64,000 nucleotides of DNA from Patescibacteria group bacterium (GTDB lineage: Bacteria > Patescibacteriota > Patescibacteriia > Magasanikbacterales > GWA2-37-8): contig SCQK01000013.1 of the NCBI GenBank assembly GCA_004321885.1, positions 1-64,000 of the forward strand, in the 5' to 3' direction. The translations under genes were made by a program, and so were the position numbers. The notes beneath the pieces were generated by a model. The model did no database searches, was not told where the DNA came from, and worked only from the letters and a program-made list of their open reading frames with translations. Of this stretch, positions 51,719-61,316 are shown piece after piece (the stretch's first letter is position 1; the number at the start of each line of letters is the position of its first letter).

Positions 51719-52228
51719 CTACTCCCTCTTCTTCGCCGCCGCCTTTTTGAGAACCGCTTTTGTCTTAGTTAAAACGTTTTTGCTCTTTTTCGTCTCTTTG
51801 ACTTCCTTTTTATCGGATTGTTCCGGAGCCGAAACCTTAAAAGCAGTGGCTGATAACGTGATTAAAATTTTGTCCAGCTTGACGTTTAGCGCTTCAAATT
51901 GCGCCTTAAATTGATTCTGATTCTGGCCGCCCTCCCTGTTACCGCCGCCAAAGGCCTGAAATGACGGCCCGTTGCCGCCAAAAGATTGGCGCTGTGGCCT
52001 GTTACCGCCGGCATTGTCGCCAAAACCTTTCCTGCCAAAACCACCCCTGGGTTTGTCAAAACCCGCGTCTCTTTGGCTTTTGAAACAATTACTGCAAAAA
52101 ACAGGCCGGTCGCCGGTTGGCTTGAAAGGCACTTCGCAATTGTTGCCGCATTTGCTGCAAACCGCCTGAAACATGGCCTGTCTTCCCTGGCCTCGATTAA
52201 ATCTATTGCCTCGGTTAAAATTGCCCAT
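51719..52228 (-). CDS. Zinc-ribbon (CxxC...CxxC) protein with RGG/Gly-Arg-rich middle and Lys-rich C-terminal tail
   Basis: 'CSKCGNNC...CSNC', then GGFGRKGFGDNAGGNRPQRQSFGGNG, then KKEVKETKKSKNVLTKTKAVLKKAAAKKRE. Confidence 0.45.
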   Translation of the reverse strand: MGNFNRGNRFNRGQGRQAMFQAVCSKCGNNCEVPFKPTGDRPVFCSNCFKSQRDAGFDKPRGGFGRKGFGDNAGGNRPQRQSFGGNGPSFQAFGGGNREGGQNQNQFKAQFEALNVKLDKILITLSATAFKVSAPEQSDKKEVKETKKSKNVLTKTKAVLKKAAAKKRE

Positions 52229-52325
52229 ACGCGAAATATTAGATTATTTAACTCAACCAAGCCAAGCATACCCCTTTTTCAGACAAATAGCAATACCTGG
52301 CCCTTTGTGGTATGATAAAAGTGGT

Positions 52326-52826
52326 ATGCGCTCCACTAACAGAAAATCAGAAAAAATTAGGCAAAACAAATTCGACCCACTTTTGACCGAAAAGAAGGCT
52401 TTTGAATTAAGCGAAAAATTAAAGCGATTAAAAGAAATCAGCCGGCCGCGGGCGGCGGAGGAGGTAAAACGACTCGCCGAATTGGGCGATTTTTCGGAAA
52501 ACGCGGAGTACCAGCTGGCCAAAGCACGGCTACGGGGCATCAATAACAACATTCTTTTATTGGAAACTCAGCTAAACCAGGCAGTTATCATCAAGCCGCA
52601 AAAAACCAACACCGTGCAAGTCGGCCATCTTGTGACCATAGAAGGTAAAAACGGACAAAAAACATATCAGATCCTCGGCTCGGTTGAAACCGACCCGCAA
52701 AAAAATATTATTTCGCGTAATTCCCCACTCGGCGCCGCGCTTTTAGGACGCAAGGTCAGGGATGTGATAAAAATCAAACTGGCGAACAAAGAGGTGAAAT
52801 ATAAAATACTAAAAATCACCTCATAA
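52326..52826 (+). CDS. greA: Transcription elongation factor GreA (copy 2)
   Basis: 'DFSENAEYQLAKARL' and C-terminal FKBP-like 'SPLGAALLGRKVRDVIKI'. Internal ATG at 52326 preceded by an extended -10 'TGGTATGAT'. Confidence 0.8.
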   Translation: MRSTNRKSEKIRQNKFDPLLTEKKAFELSEKLKRLKEISRPRAAEEVKRLAELGDFSENAEYQLAKARLRGINNNILLLETQLNQAVIIKPQKTNTVQVGHLVTIEGKNGQKTYQILGSVETDPQKNIISRNSPLGAALLGRKVRDVIKIKLANKEVKYKILKITS

Positions 52827-52912
52827 GGGTCTGTCGCCGAATACCATTTCTACTGCAATTTCAAAATTTTGACCTTGTTTGGTGTATTCAATTATGATAT
52901 AATTGATTTAGT

Positions 52913-55141
52913 ATGCTCAAAAAAATCGCTTGCCTTTTTTTGATTACGACCTGGATCCCAGTTTTCGCTGGAATGACAGTGTCCTTTTCCCCTGCCCTCG
53001 CCCAAACGGAATTTAATCCGCATTTTATTATCTCCGACGAAGAAATGCAGACCCTGGCGAACTGGACCCGCGACGACGTGCAAAAATTTCTGGACGGCAA
53101 GGGCAGTTATCTGCGCGCCTTTTCCACCGAAGATGTGTCCGGCGCCGTCAAACCAGCGGCCGATATTATCTACGACGCGGCGCGCGCCTACACCATCAAT
53201 CCAAAATATCTGCTCGTTACTTTACAAAAAGAGCAGTCGCTGATTACCGACGACGCGCCCAGCCAAAAACAGCTTGATTGGGCCACGGGCTACGCGGTCT
53301 GCGATTCCTGCGACCGCGGCGACCCGGCCGTGGCCAAACACAAGGGCTTTGGCAAGCAGGTAGACGACGCGGCCGGCATCATCCGCTGGTATTACGACAA
53401 TCGCGACCGCGGCATTGTCAAAAAAAAAGACCAGGCCGTCAGCATAGACAACCAATCGGTCATCCCGCAAAGCTGGGCCACGGCTTTTTTGTACACCTAT
53501 ACCCCGCACTTGCACGGCAATAAAAATTTTTGGAAAATCTGGCAGACCTGGTTTGCGCAAAACTACCCCAACGGCACCCTGCTGGTCGGCGAAACCACGG
53601 GCGACACCTATCTGATTCAAAACAACACTAAACGCAAATTCAAAAATAAATCCACCCTGCTGTCGCGCGCCGACCCGGAAATGATAATCACCGTGCCCGA
53701 AAGCGAACTCTCCAACTACGCCACTGGTCCGGAAATTTCTTTCCCAAATTTTTCGCTCTTGCGCTCTCCGGCGAGCGCCTATTACCTGCTTGACTACGAC
53801 ACCATCCGCCCGTTTGCCGGCGAAGAAGTCATCCGCTATCACGGCTACAATCCGCAAGAAATCATAGACGTTTCCGAAGCGGACCTGACCGGCCTGACTC
53901 TCGGTACCACCATTTACGCCACGTCCACTCCGGTGCAGGGCGTGGTCTATCAAATCACAGATCTAAAAAACGCCCTTTACATGCTCAAAGACGGCACGCT
54001 CTATCCGATTATAGATAAAAAAATGGTGGAGGCGAATTACAAAAATTTGAAACTGGAAAAAAAGAAGCTAACGGACATAAAAAATTATCCGGTCGCCAAC
54101 CAGCCTTTGCAGTTCAAAGACGGCACCCTTATCAGAATAAAAGACAGCGAAACGATTTACGTGATAGAAAACGGCAAAAAGCGCCGCCTGGCCGATGAAG
54201 ACACTTTCCTGGCCATGGGCTATAAATACGCCAACGTCATATCGGTGGAATTGCTGACTGCTTTGAATATCTTTGACGGCGAGCCGATATTCATCAACGG
54301 CAGTCTGCTTTCGGCCAAAGATAAATTTCTGGGCGACAACCAACAGGCTGTCATTGACAATTACGGCGCCAAGCTCCCCTCATATCTGGTGGCCGAGTAT
54401 CCCAGCGGCCGCATCTTATCCGGCAAAAATATAGACGCCAGGCGCCCCATTGCCTCGCTCACCAAAGCCATGGTCGCTTACGAAGCCATATACGAAAATT
54501 TAGCGCCCGCGAAAATCACGGCCTACAGCGCCAAGAAATACCGCTCCGAAGGCTATGCCCTAAAAGTGCGTGACGGAGCCAAATTCAAAAATGCCGACCT
54601 GCTGAGCGCCGCGCTCATCGGCTCTTACAACAATATTGCCAAAGCCGTCGTGGGCGCCACGGGCCTGGACGAAGACGCGTTTTTGGCCGCGCTCAATCGC
54701 CGTCTTAGCGACTGGGGGGCGGATAACACGAAAATCGCCGACCTCACCGGCTTGGATGAAAAAAACTTTTCCACGGCCCGCGACCTGCTTCGCGTTTACA
54801 CGAAAGTTTTGAAAAACGAAACCATCGCCAAGTCCCTGGGCACTAAAAAATTTATCCTGCGCAATGTCTCGGGCAAATCGTACGGTTCGCTCAAATACAC
54901 AGTGCAAAATCGCAATAAATTATTTTTCCAAAACAATAAAAATTATAAAATTATCGCCAGCAAAACCGGTTATACGGACGAGGCCGGCGCCGTGCTTTTT
55001 ATGGTAATAGAATCCAAAAAAACCAAAAAGAAATACACCATCATCACTCTCGGCGACAAAAATTATAATTATCGGTTCAAAGAGCCGGACAAAATCGCCA
55101 GCTGGATTTCTTCCGACAACGCGAATTTAGCCAGCAATTAA
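52913..55141 (+). CDS. Secreted protein with C-terminal D-alanyl-D-alanine carboxypeptidase (PBP5/S11-like) domain and large N-terminal domain of unknown function
   Basis: Signal peptide. Motifs 'SLTK' (SxxK), 'SYNN' (SxN), 'KTGYT' (KTG) in the last ~270 aa. Confidence 0.7.
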   Translation: MLKKIACLFLITTWIPVFAGMTVSFSPALAQTEFNPHFIISDEEMQTLANWTRDDVQKFLDGKGSYLRAFSTEDVSGAVKPAADIIYDAARAYTINPKYLLVTLQKEQSLITDDAPSQKQLDWATGYAVCDSCDRGDPAVAKHKGFGKQVDDAAGIIRWYYDNRDRGIVKKKDQAVSIDNQSVIPQSWATAFLYTYTPHLHGNKNFWKIWQTWFAQNYPNGTLLVGETTGDTYLIQNNTKRKFKNKSTLLSRADPEMIITVPESELSNYATGPEISFPNFSLLRSPASAYYLLDYDTIRPFAGEEVIRYHGYNPQEIIDVSEADLTGLTLGTTIYATSTPVQGVVYQITDLKNALYMLKDGTLYPIIDKKMVEANYKNLKLEKKKLTDIKNYPVANQPLQFKDGTLIRIKDSETIYVIENGKKRRLADEDTFLAMGYKYANVISVELLTALNIFDGEPIFINGSLLSAKDKFLGDNQQAVIDNYGAKLPSYLVAEYPSGRILSGKNIDARRPIASLTKAMVAYEAIYENLAPAKITAYSAKKYRSEGYALKVRDGAKFKNADLLSAALIGSYNNIAKAVVGATGLDEDAFLAALNRRLSDWGADNTKIADLTGLDEKNFSTARDLLRVYTKVLKNETIAKSLGTKKFILRNVSGKSYGSLKYTVQNRNKLFFQNNKNYKIIASKTGYTDEAGAVLFMVIESKKTKKKYTIITLGDKNYNYRFKEPDKIASWISSDNANLASN

Positions 55142-55180
55142 TTAGCGAACTGGAAATGCTGTTCGCTTTAAGAAAATTTT

Positions 55181-55969
55181 ATGCTTGTATTTGCCTGTAT
55201 CACGCCTCACCCCCCGCTGCTTTTGCCCACCATCGGAAAAAAGGTCGCCAAAAAAGTGGAAAAAACAAAAAGGGCCATGGAAAAATTGGAAGAGGATTTG
55301 TATTTGTCCAAGCCCGACATCCTGATTGTAATTTCTCCGCACGGCAGCTGTATGAACGACGCCTTCACGCTGAATCTGGCGCCCGAATACGAAACCGACT
55401 TGTCCGAATTCGGCGATATCACCACCAAGCTGAAATTCAACGGCGAGCAGGAACTGACGTCTCTGCTGCGCGAAGCGAGCAAAGAACAGGCTTTCGCCAC
55501 CGCGGTTATTAGCGAGCCAAAAATTGACCACGGCGCGGCCGTGCCGCTGTATTATCTGGCCGCGCATCTTCCCAAAATTCCGATTATCCCGGTCGGTTTT
55601 TGCGAACTGGACCCAAAACATCATCTTGATTTTGGCAAGATGCTGCAAGAGCAGATAAGCGAGCTCAACAAACGGGTGGCCGTGGTCGCTTCGGGCGATT
55701 TGTCGCACGCCCTTACCACCGACGCCCCGGCCGGATACAGCGAAGCCGGGGCCGGGTTTGACGCCAAAATTCAAGAACTGCTCGCGGCCGGCAACACGGC
55801 CGGCATGCTACAGCTGGACAAAAAATTAGTGGCCGACGCGGCCGAATGCGGCTTCCGCTCCTTTCTCATTTTGATGGGCGCTTTACGCGGCGTAAATTTC
55901 AACTATAAAGCTTACTCGTACGAAGCGCCGTTTGGCGTGGGCTATTTGGTCGCCAATTTCGCGATGTAA
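55181..55969 (+). CDS. Class III extradiol dioxygenase-like (LigB/DODA family) protein
   Basis: 'ISPHGS', 'DHGAAVPL', 'ASGDLSH' match LigB-family metal-ligand positions. Confidence 0.5.
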   Translation: MLVFACITPHPPLLLPTIGKKVAKKVEKTKRAMEKLEEDLYLSKPDILIVISPHGSCMNDAFTLNLAPEYETDLSEFGDITTKLKFNGEQELTSLLREASKEQAFATAVISEPKIDHGAAVPLYYLAAHLPKIPIIPVGFCELDPKHHLDFGKMLQEQISELNKRVAVVASGDLSHALTTDAPAGYSEAGAGFDAKIQELLAAGNTAGMLQLDKKLVADAAECGFRSFLILMGALRGVNFNYKAYSYEAPFGVGYLVANFAM

Positions 55970-56032
55970 TTCGTTCGCTGTCATTCTAGCCCCTGCCTAC
56001 CGGCAGGCAGGCGCGAGCAGGAATCCCACACT

Positions 56033-57922
56033 ATGCTTCTGCAAATTATCCCCGCACGGAGAATGCCTTTTTCTCTTCCGTTTTTGGATTACGCGGCTCC
56101 CGCTGAACTGGAAGCGCGCGTCAAAATCGGCCAGCTGGTGAAAATTCCGTTTCGCTCGCGCGAAGAATTTGGCATTATTAAATCAATCGGCGGCGATGCG
56201 CCGCCAAAAAAAGTCAGGCCCATTTTGGAAATTTTTTATGATACGCCTCTTCTGTCGCAGGCGCAATTAAATTTTTTAGAAGAGATATCGGCTTTTTACG
56301 GCACGCCCTTGTCTTTTCTGTTAAAAACCAATCTGCCGCCGCTCTCGGAAAAAAAATTAAAAAAAGAACTGGACAAAAAAAACTTCAGGTCCGGCGCGGC
56401 GGTCAGTAAAAAACCTAAAAAGCCAGGGGTGTTTTATTACGCCGACAAAGGAGAAAAACAAAAACTATTTATTGACGCGCCGGCTAAACGAGGACAAACT
56501 TTAATTATAGCGCCCGAATTGGAGCAAATTACCGAAATATGGAATCTTTTGTCCGAAGAGCGGCGCGCCAAGTGCGCGGCCATTTCAGGCCGACTAAGCG
56601 AAAAACAATTTTTCGCCGTCTGGATGGATATTTTTTTTGGACGCAAAAACATCGTCATCGGCACGCGCCGGGCACTGTTTTTGCCCTGGCGAAACTTGAC
56701 GCGCGTAATCATTGACGACGAAGCCAATGAAAGCCATAAAAGCTGGGACATGGCCCCGCGCTTTCACGCCAAAGACGCGGCCCTGTTTCTGGCCGCCAAG
56801 CACGGCGCGGCTCTCCAAATTATGTGCCACACGCCCTCGGTGGAAACGTATTTTTTCGCGCAAAAGAACGTTTACAAAACAAAAGACGCGCCCAAAACGT
56901 TCGCTGACTCTGCTACCATCGTGGATATGTGCGGGGAACGTAGGGCCGGCAATTACACGTTTATCAGCCAATACTTGCGCGACAAAATCACGGCTCTAAA
57001 CGGAGACGCCTTTATTTTTCTCAACCGCAAAGGCGCCGCCGCGGCCGTGGGTTGCCGCGATTGCGGCAATGTCATAAAATGTCCGTCTTGCGGCCGCTCG
57101 CTGGTGTATCACGAAACCGATAAATCATTGCGTTGCCATTTTTGTAAAACCCTGAGCCGCATGCCCCCGTCTTGCGCGGTTTGCCGTGGCGTAAATATGG
57201 CCTTATACGGCATTGGCACCCAGCTCGCCGAAAACACCCTGCGCAAGCTCGCCCCTGACAAGCGAGTTATCCGCATTGATTCGGACGACGGCGAGCTTAG
57301 CGAGTTAAAAGCGCCGGGAAATAAAATTATCATCGGCACGCAACTGGCCTGGAATAAAATTGACTGGTCAGCGCTCAAACTGGCCGCTTTTTTGGACGCT
57401 GACTCGTCTCTTTTTATTCCCGAATTTAAGATAGATGAAAATGTTTGGTATCTACTGCGAGACGCGCAGTTTCGTTTGGGCTGTCATTCCGGCCTTGTGC
57501 CGGAATCCACAATCAATCCGGAATTAATCATTCAAACAGGCCATCCGGAATATCCTGTTTTTTCCGGGCTGGCCAAGCCGGCCAATTTTTATGAACAGCA
57601 GATAAAAATCAGACAGCTCTTGGGCTTTCCGCCTTTTAATTTTTTGCTTAAAATATACAACAGCGAGCCGGGCGAAGCGCTGGCCAAAAGCCAGGCCGAG
57701 GCTTTTTTGGCCGAACTGCGCGCCTTGACAAGAGGCATGCCGCGGGTTAATATAACCGGCCCGCTGGCGGCGCCGTTTCGCCGCGGCAAAGATTACTCGC
57801 AAATAATTTTGCTAAAAATCGGGTTTGCCAACTACAAGCGCGACACGGCCAAAATTTCGTCTTTGGCGGCAACGCGCGGCTGGAAAGTAGACCCAAATCC
57901 AAATACCTTATTAGCCCTATGA
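56033..57922 (+). CDS. priA: PriA-like primosomal protein N' with degenerate helicase motifs
   Basis: N-terminal 3'-DNA-binding domain 'LDYAAPAELEARVKIGQLVKIPF'. Four-CxxC zinc module 'CPSCGRS...CHFCKT...CAVCRG'. Where Walker A would sit it reads 'DAPAKRGQT' (no GK[TS]) and motif II reads 'IIDDEANESH' (not DExH). Confidence 0.75.
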   Translation: MLLQIIPARRMPFSLPFLDYAAPAELEARVKIGQLVKIPFRSREEFGIIKSIGGDAPPKKVRPILEIFYDTPLLSQAQLNFLEEISAFYGTPLSFLLKTNLPPLSEKKLKKELDKKNFRSGAAVSKKPKKPGVFYYADKGEKQKLFIDAPAKRGQTLIIAPELEQITEIWNLLSEERRAKCAAISGRLSEKQFFAVWMDIFFGRKNIVIGTRRALFLPWRNLTRVIIDDEANESHKSWDMAPRFHAKDAALFLAAKHGAALQIMCHTPSVETYFFAQKNVYKTKDAPKTFADSATIVDMCGERRAGNYTFISQYLRDKITALNGDAFIFLNRKGAAAAVGCRDCGNVIKCPSCGRSLVYHETDKSLRCHFCKTLSRMPPSCAVCRGVNMALYGIGTQLAENTLRKLAPDKRVIRIDSDDGELSELKAPGNKIIIGTQLAWNKIDWSALKLAAFLDADSSLFIPEFKIDENVWYLLRDAQFRLGCHSGLVPESTINPELIIQTGHPEYPVFSGLAKPANFYEQQIKIRQLLGFPPFNFLLKIYNSEPGEALAKSQAEAFLAELRALTRGMPRVNITGPLAAPFRRGKDYSQIILLKIGFANYKRDTAKISSLAATRGWKVDPNPNTLLAL

Positions 57923-58413
57923 TTCTACCCATCTTAACCGAACCAAATCCCCTTTTGCACAAACAGGCAAAGCCGATTGCGGATGCGCGCATAATCTCTG
58001 CCGAGATGAAAAAACTCGCCACCGACCTTATTGAAACCATGCGCGCCAAAGACGGAGTGGGATTGGCCGCCACCCAAGCGGGACGCCTGGAACAAATTTG
58101 CGTAGTGGCGGTTGATTTAGAAAAACAGGAAAAACGCGAAATCGTTTTAATTAATCCGCGCTGGGAAAAAATCGGCCTAAGGAAAGAAACTGACGATGAA
58201 GGCTGTTTGTCCGTGCCTGAAATTTTCGGCAAAGTGAAGCGCTATAAAAAAATCCGCGTGTTCGCGAAAAATTTGCTCGGCAATAATTTGGAATTTGTCG
58301 CCGAGGACCTGCTCGCGCGAATCATCCAGCACGAGGTGGATCATTTGAACGGAATTTTATTCACAGAGAAAGCCAAGGGTTTGCATAAAATTGACAAAAG
58401 CGCCGGTAAATAG
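57919..58413 (+). CDS. def: Peptide deformylase
   Basis: 'GVGLAATQAG', 'EGCLSVP', 'HEVDHLNG'. Confidence 0.9.
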   Translation: MILPILTEPNPLLHKQAKPIADARIISAEMKKLATDLIETMRAKDGVGLAATQAGRLEQICVVAVDLEKQEKREIVLINPRWEKIGLRKETDDEGCLSVPEIFGKVKRYKKIRVFAKNLLGNNLEFVAEDLLARIIQHEVDHLNGILFTEKAKGLHKIDKSAGK

Positions 58414-58425
58414 CGCGACGAATTT

Positions 58426-59352
58426 ATGACTATTAGCACAATATTTTTTGGAACACATAATTTTGCGGCGAAAATTTTGGCAGAGCTTATCAAAAACGGC
58501 TCTTTTGACATTACACTGGCAGTCACCCAGCCGGACAGACCGGCGGGAAGAAAACAAGACCTGGAAATTCCGGCCGTGAAACTTTTAGCCGAAAAAAACA
58601 ATATTCCGGTCGCCCAACCGGCCGGTTTGTCATTGCGAGGAGTAATCCCTTTTCCTGATTTCTATGACCTGAACATCCTCTGCCAATACGGAAACATAAT
58701 CACCAAAGAAATTTTAGACAAATCAAAATACGGTTCAATCAATGTCCACCCTTCGCTATTGCCAAGATACCGCGGGGCCTCACCCATCCAATCCGCGCTC
58801 GTAAATGGCGAAACCGAAACCGGCGTTTCCATAATTTTGATGGATGAGGAGCTTGACCATGGCCCGATTTTGGCGCAAAAAAAAATGAACATTGGCGATG
58901 ATGATAATTTTGTTTCTTTGAGCGCGAAATTGTCGTATCTATCCGCCCCTCTTTTGGTAAATACGGCCCTTGATTTTGTAAACGGAAAAATTACTCCCGG
59001 GCCACAAAACCACGACCAAGCGACTTTTTGCAAACAACTCTCGCGCGAGGATGGTAAAATTGATTTTAATAAATCCGCCAAAGAAATTTACAATCAGTGG
59101 CGCGGCCTCGCGCCGTGGCCCGGGGTTTGGGCAAGCTGGGAAAACAAACGTCTCAAATTTATTAATATCAGCCCCCTTCCCCTTTATAAGGGGGATGTGG
59201 GGAGGGGGTATGTAAGGGGGCACAAACTCATCATCGCCTGCGCCCAAGGCGCTATTGAAATTTTAGAACTCCAACTTGAAGGAAAAAAGCCCATGGTCGC
59301 GGCCGCGTTTATAAACGGCTATGGCAAAATAAACGGCGCTATTTTACGCTAA
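58426..59352 (+). CDS. fmt: Methionyl-tRNA formyltransferase, with two in-frame repeat insertions
   Basis: 'IFFGTHNFA', 'NVHPSLLPRYRGASPIQ'. Inserts: 58629-58650 ('SLRGVIP') and 59171-59220 ('SPLPLYKGDVGRGYVRGH'). Confidence 0.85.
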   Translation: MTISTIFFGTHNFAAKILAELIKNGSFDITLAVTQPDRPAGRKQDLEIPAVKLLAEKNNIPVAQPAGLSLRGVIPFPDFYDLNILCQYGNIITKEILDKSKYGSINVHPSLLPRYRGASPIQSALVNGETETGVSIILMDEELDHGPILAQKKMNIGDDDNFVSLSAKLSYLSAPLLVNTALDFVNGKITPGPQNHDQATFCKQLSREDGKIDFNKSAKEIYNQWRGLAPWPGVWASWENKRLKFINISPLPLYKGDVGRGYVRGHKLIIACAQGAIEILELQLEGKKPMVAAAFINGYGKINGAILR

Positions 59353-59353
59353 T

Positions 59354-60769
59354 ATGCAGTCCAAAAAACTTTTTCTTGTTTTTTTAGGGCTCTACGCGCT
59401 CCTGCGCGTCTTTTCCTATTTCTTCAGCCCTGAAACCCCGCTTTACTCGGCCAATCCGGTTAATACTTTGGCCGCCGCGCTGGTTCTTTTCACGGCGATT
59501 TATTTTCTGCTCAAAAAAGACCAGCGCGGCTGGCTGATTGTGGCCGGTGAGCTAATTCTCGGCGGCGGTGGAAATTACCTGGCTGTCGGGCCATTATCCC
59601 TACGGACGTCGCTTCTTTTTGCTTCACTGCTAATTTACTTCGCTCAACTTAAAAGGGGAGGGGCAGGCCACCACACCAAAGATTTTGGTGTGGTGGCAGG
59701 GGGTGGGGTTTGGGCAATATTTTTACTGATTGTAGTCGCCATCATCGCGGCCGGCCGCGGCCTATATCTGGGCCACGCTACTCGCCAAATTTTTTCCGAC
59801 ACGCTTCCCTATTTTTTCCTGCTTTATTATTTTCCGCTTCGCGATTTAATTAAATCTGACAATTTCAAGTCCGTCTGTAAGCAAATGCTCTTCGCGGCTA
59901 TTGTTGGCAACGCGCTTTTTATGCTTCTTACCTATGCCGGCTTTTCCAGCGGCCTGTTCGCTTTGCAGGATGAGTATTACCATTGGTTCCGCGATGTGGC
60001 TCTGGGTAAAATTACCGACATCGGCTTTAATTCCTTTCGCATAATTTTAGACGAACATTTATTGCTCGTGCCGCTGCTGCTGGCGTTTCTTTCGTCTGTC
60101 ATTGCGACCCCCTCATCAAGTGTGGGGCTAAAGGCTGCCACGCTCGCAATGACATTCGTCCTCTCTATTAATATTACCCGCATTTACATTCTGGCGTTCG
60201 TTGTCGGTCTGCTGTTCTTATTTTCAAAAACAAACTGGAGGCGCTGGCTGGCAATTTCATCGGCTTCGCTGGTTTTATTTTTTATCTTTTTCACCTCGCT
60301 TCATCTTATTTCCAGCCGCGGCCAAAATTTGGGCTGGGAATATTTTGGCCTGCGCCTGCAAAGCGTAATGGCGCCGCAAATAGAAGAAAGTTCACTTTCG
60401 CGCGTATTGCTTTTGCCCAAAATTTGGGAAAAAATAAAAGCCCATCCCCTCTTGGGTAATGGACTGGGCGACACGGTCACTGTTTACAGCCCGGCGCTCA
60501 AACAAACCATTACCACTCCGCACTTTGATTGGGGCTATCTGGAAATCTGGGCGGAAGTGGGCTTACTCGGTTTGTTTATCTGGATATTATTGCTCACAAA
60601 AATAATTCCCTCCCCTATCAGGGGAGGGACAGAGGGTGGAGTAACGGTCGCGCCACTCGCCTCCCTTCTTGTCATCAATCTCACCTCACCTGCTATTTTC
60701 CACGCTTTCGGCGTTATCTTTCTTACTTTTTACTTCACTCATTATGGCTCAAATCAAAATTCTGATTGA
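59354..60769 (+). CDS. Polytopic membrane protein, O-antigen ligase/Wzy-like, with three in-frame repeat insertions
   Basis: About 12 TM helices. Inserts at 59654-59714, 60107-60164 and 60606-60640. Family assignment is weak. Confidence 0.45.
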   Translation: MQSKKLFLVFLGLYALLRVFSYFFSPETPLYSANPVNTLAAALVLFTAIYFLLKKDQRGWLIVAGELILGGGGNYLAVGPLSLRTSLLFASLLIYFAQLKRGGAGHHTKDFGVVAGGGVWAIFLLIVVAIIAAGRGLYLGHATRQIFSDTLPYFFLLYYFPLRDLIKSDNFKSVCKQMLFAAIVGNALFMLLTYAGFSSGLFALQDEYYHWFRDVALGKITDIGFNSFRIILDEHLLLVPLLLAFLSSVIATPSSSVGLKAATLAMTFVLSINITRIYILAFVVGLLFLFSKTNWRRWLAISSASLVLFFIFFTSLHLISSRGQNLGWEYFGLRLQSVMAPQIEESSLSRVLLLPKIWEKIKAHPLLGNGLGDTVTVYSPALKQTITTPHFDWGYLEIWAEVGLLGLFIWILLLTKIIPSPIRGGTEGGVTVAPLASLLVINLTSPAIFHAFGVIFLTFYFTHYGSNQNSD

Positions 60770-61307
60770 GGGTTATCTGTCCGCTGATTCCGGCGGAAAA
60801 ACCTGTCCCACTATCACTCTGGTGCGCGACGAGCGCTTAAATATCATCATTGACCCGGGCACCACGCCCACGGCCGAAACTATCGTTGAGGCGCTGGCCA
60901 AAGAGGGTCTATCTCCCGACGACATCAACATCGTTTTTCTCACGCACTCGCATTACGATCACTTCAAAAATATTTCCATTTTTTCCAAAGCGAAATTGCT
61001 GGATTATTGGGGGCTGTGGGACAACGACAAACTGGAAAGCGCGCCCGAAGACCTGACCGACGACATTAAAATCATCAAAACACCCGGCCACAGCGATGAC
61101 AATATCACCATGCTGGTTAAAACCGAAAAAGGAATTGTCGCCATCTGCGGCGATGTTTATTTCAAAGAAAATTTTCCGGAAATTGACCCGTACGCCAGCG
61201 ATAATGCCGCCCTTTTTCTCTCCAGAGAACTAATTAAAAAATCCGCGGACTTCATCATCCCCGGACACGGCCGCATGTTCGCGGCTAAACCGCAAAATTG
61301 CGGCTAA
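60744..61307 (+). CDS. MBL-fold metallo-hydrolase
   Basis: 'THSHYDH' (HxHxDH) and 'PGH'. The ATG at 60744 gives a typical length. The upstream part of ORF 60669..61307 overlaps the preceding gene. Confidence 0.75.
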   Translation: MAQIKILIEGYLSADSGGKTCPTITLVRDERLNIIIDPGTTPTAETIVEALAKEGLSPDDINIVFLTHSHYDHFKNISIFSKAKLLDYWGLWDNDKLESAPEDLTDDIKIIKTPGHSDDNITMLVKTEKGIVAICGDVYFKENFPEIDPYASDNAALFLSRELIKKSADFIIPGHGRMFAAKPQNCG

Positions 61308-61316
61308 ACCGCAAAA
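61280..61316. terminator. Tandem duplicated hairpin (GCGGCTAAACCGCAAAA x2) between convergent MBL and GT2 genes; likely bidirectional terminator
   Basis: Seen directly: 'gcggctaaaccgcaaaattgcggctaaaccgcaaaa'. Confidence 0.45.

Noticed and set aside
60669-60743. N-terminal extension of the MBL-fold ORF
   Set aside because: It overlaps the C-terminus of the upstream membrane protein in another frame. The MBL fold starts at MAQIKIL (60744).
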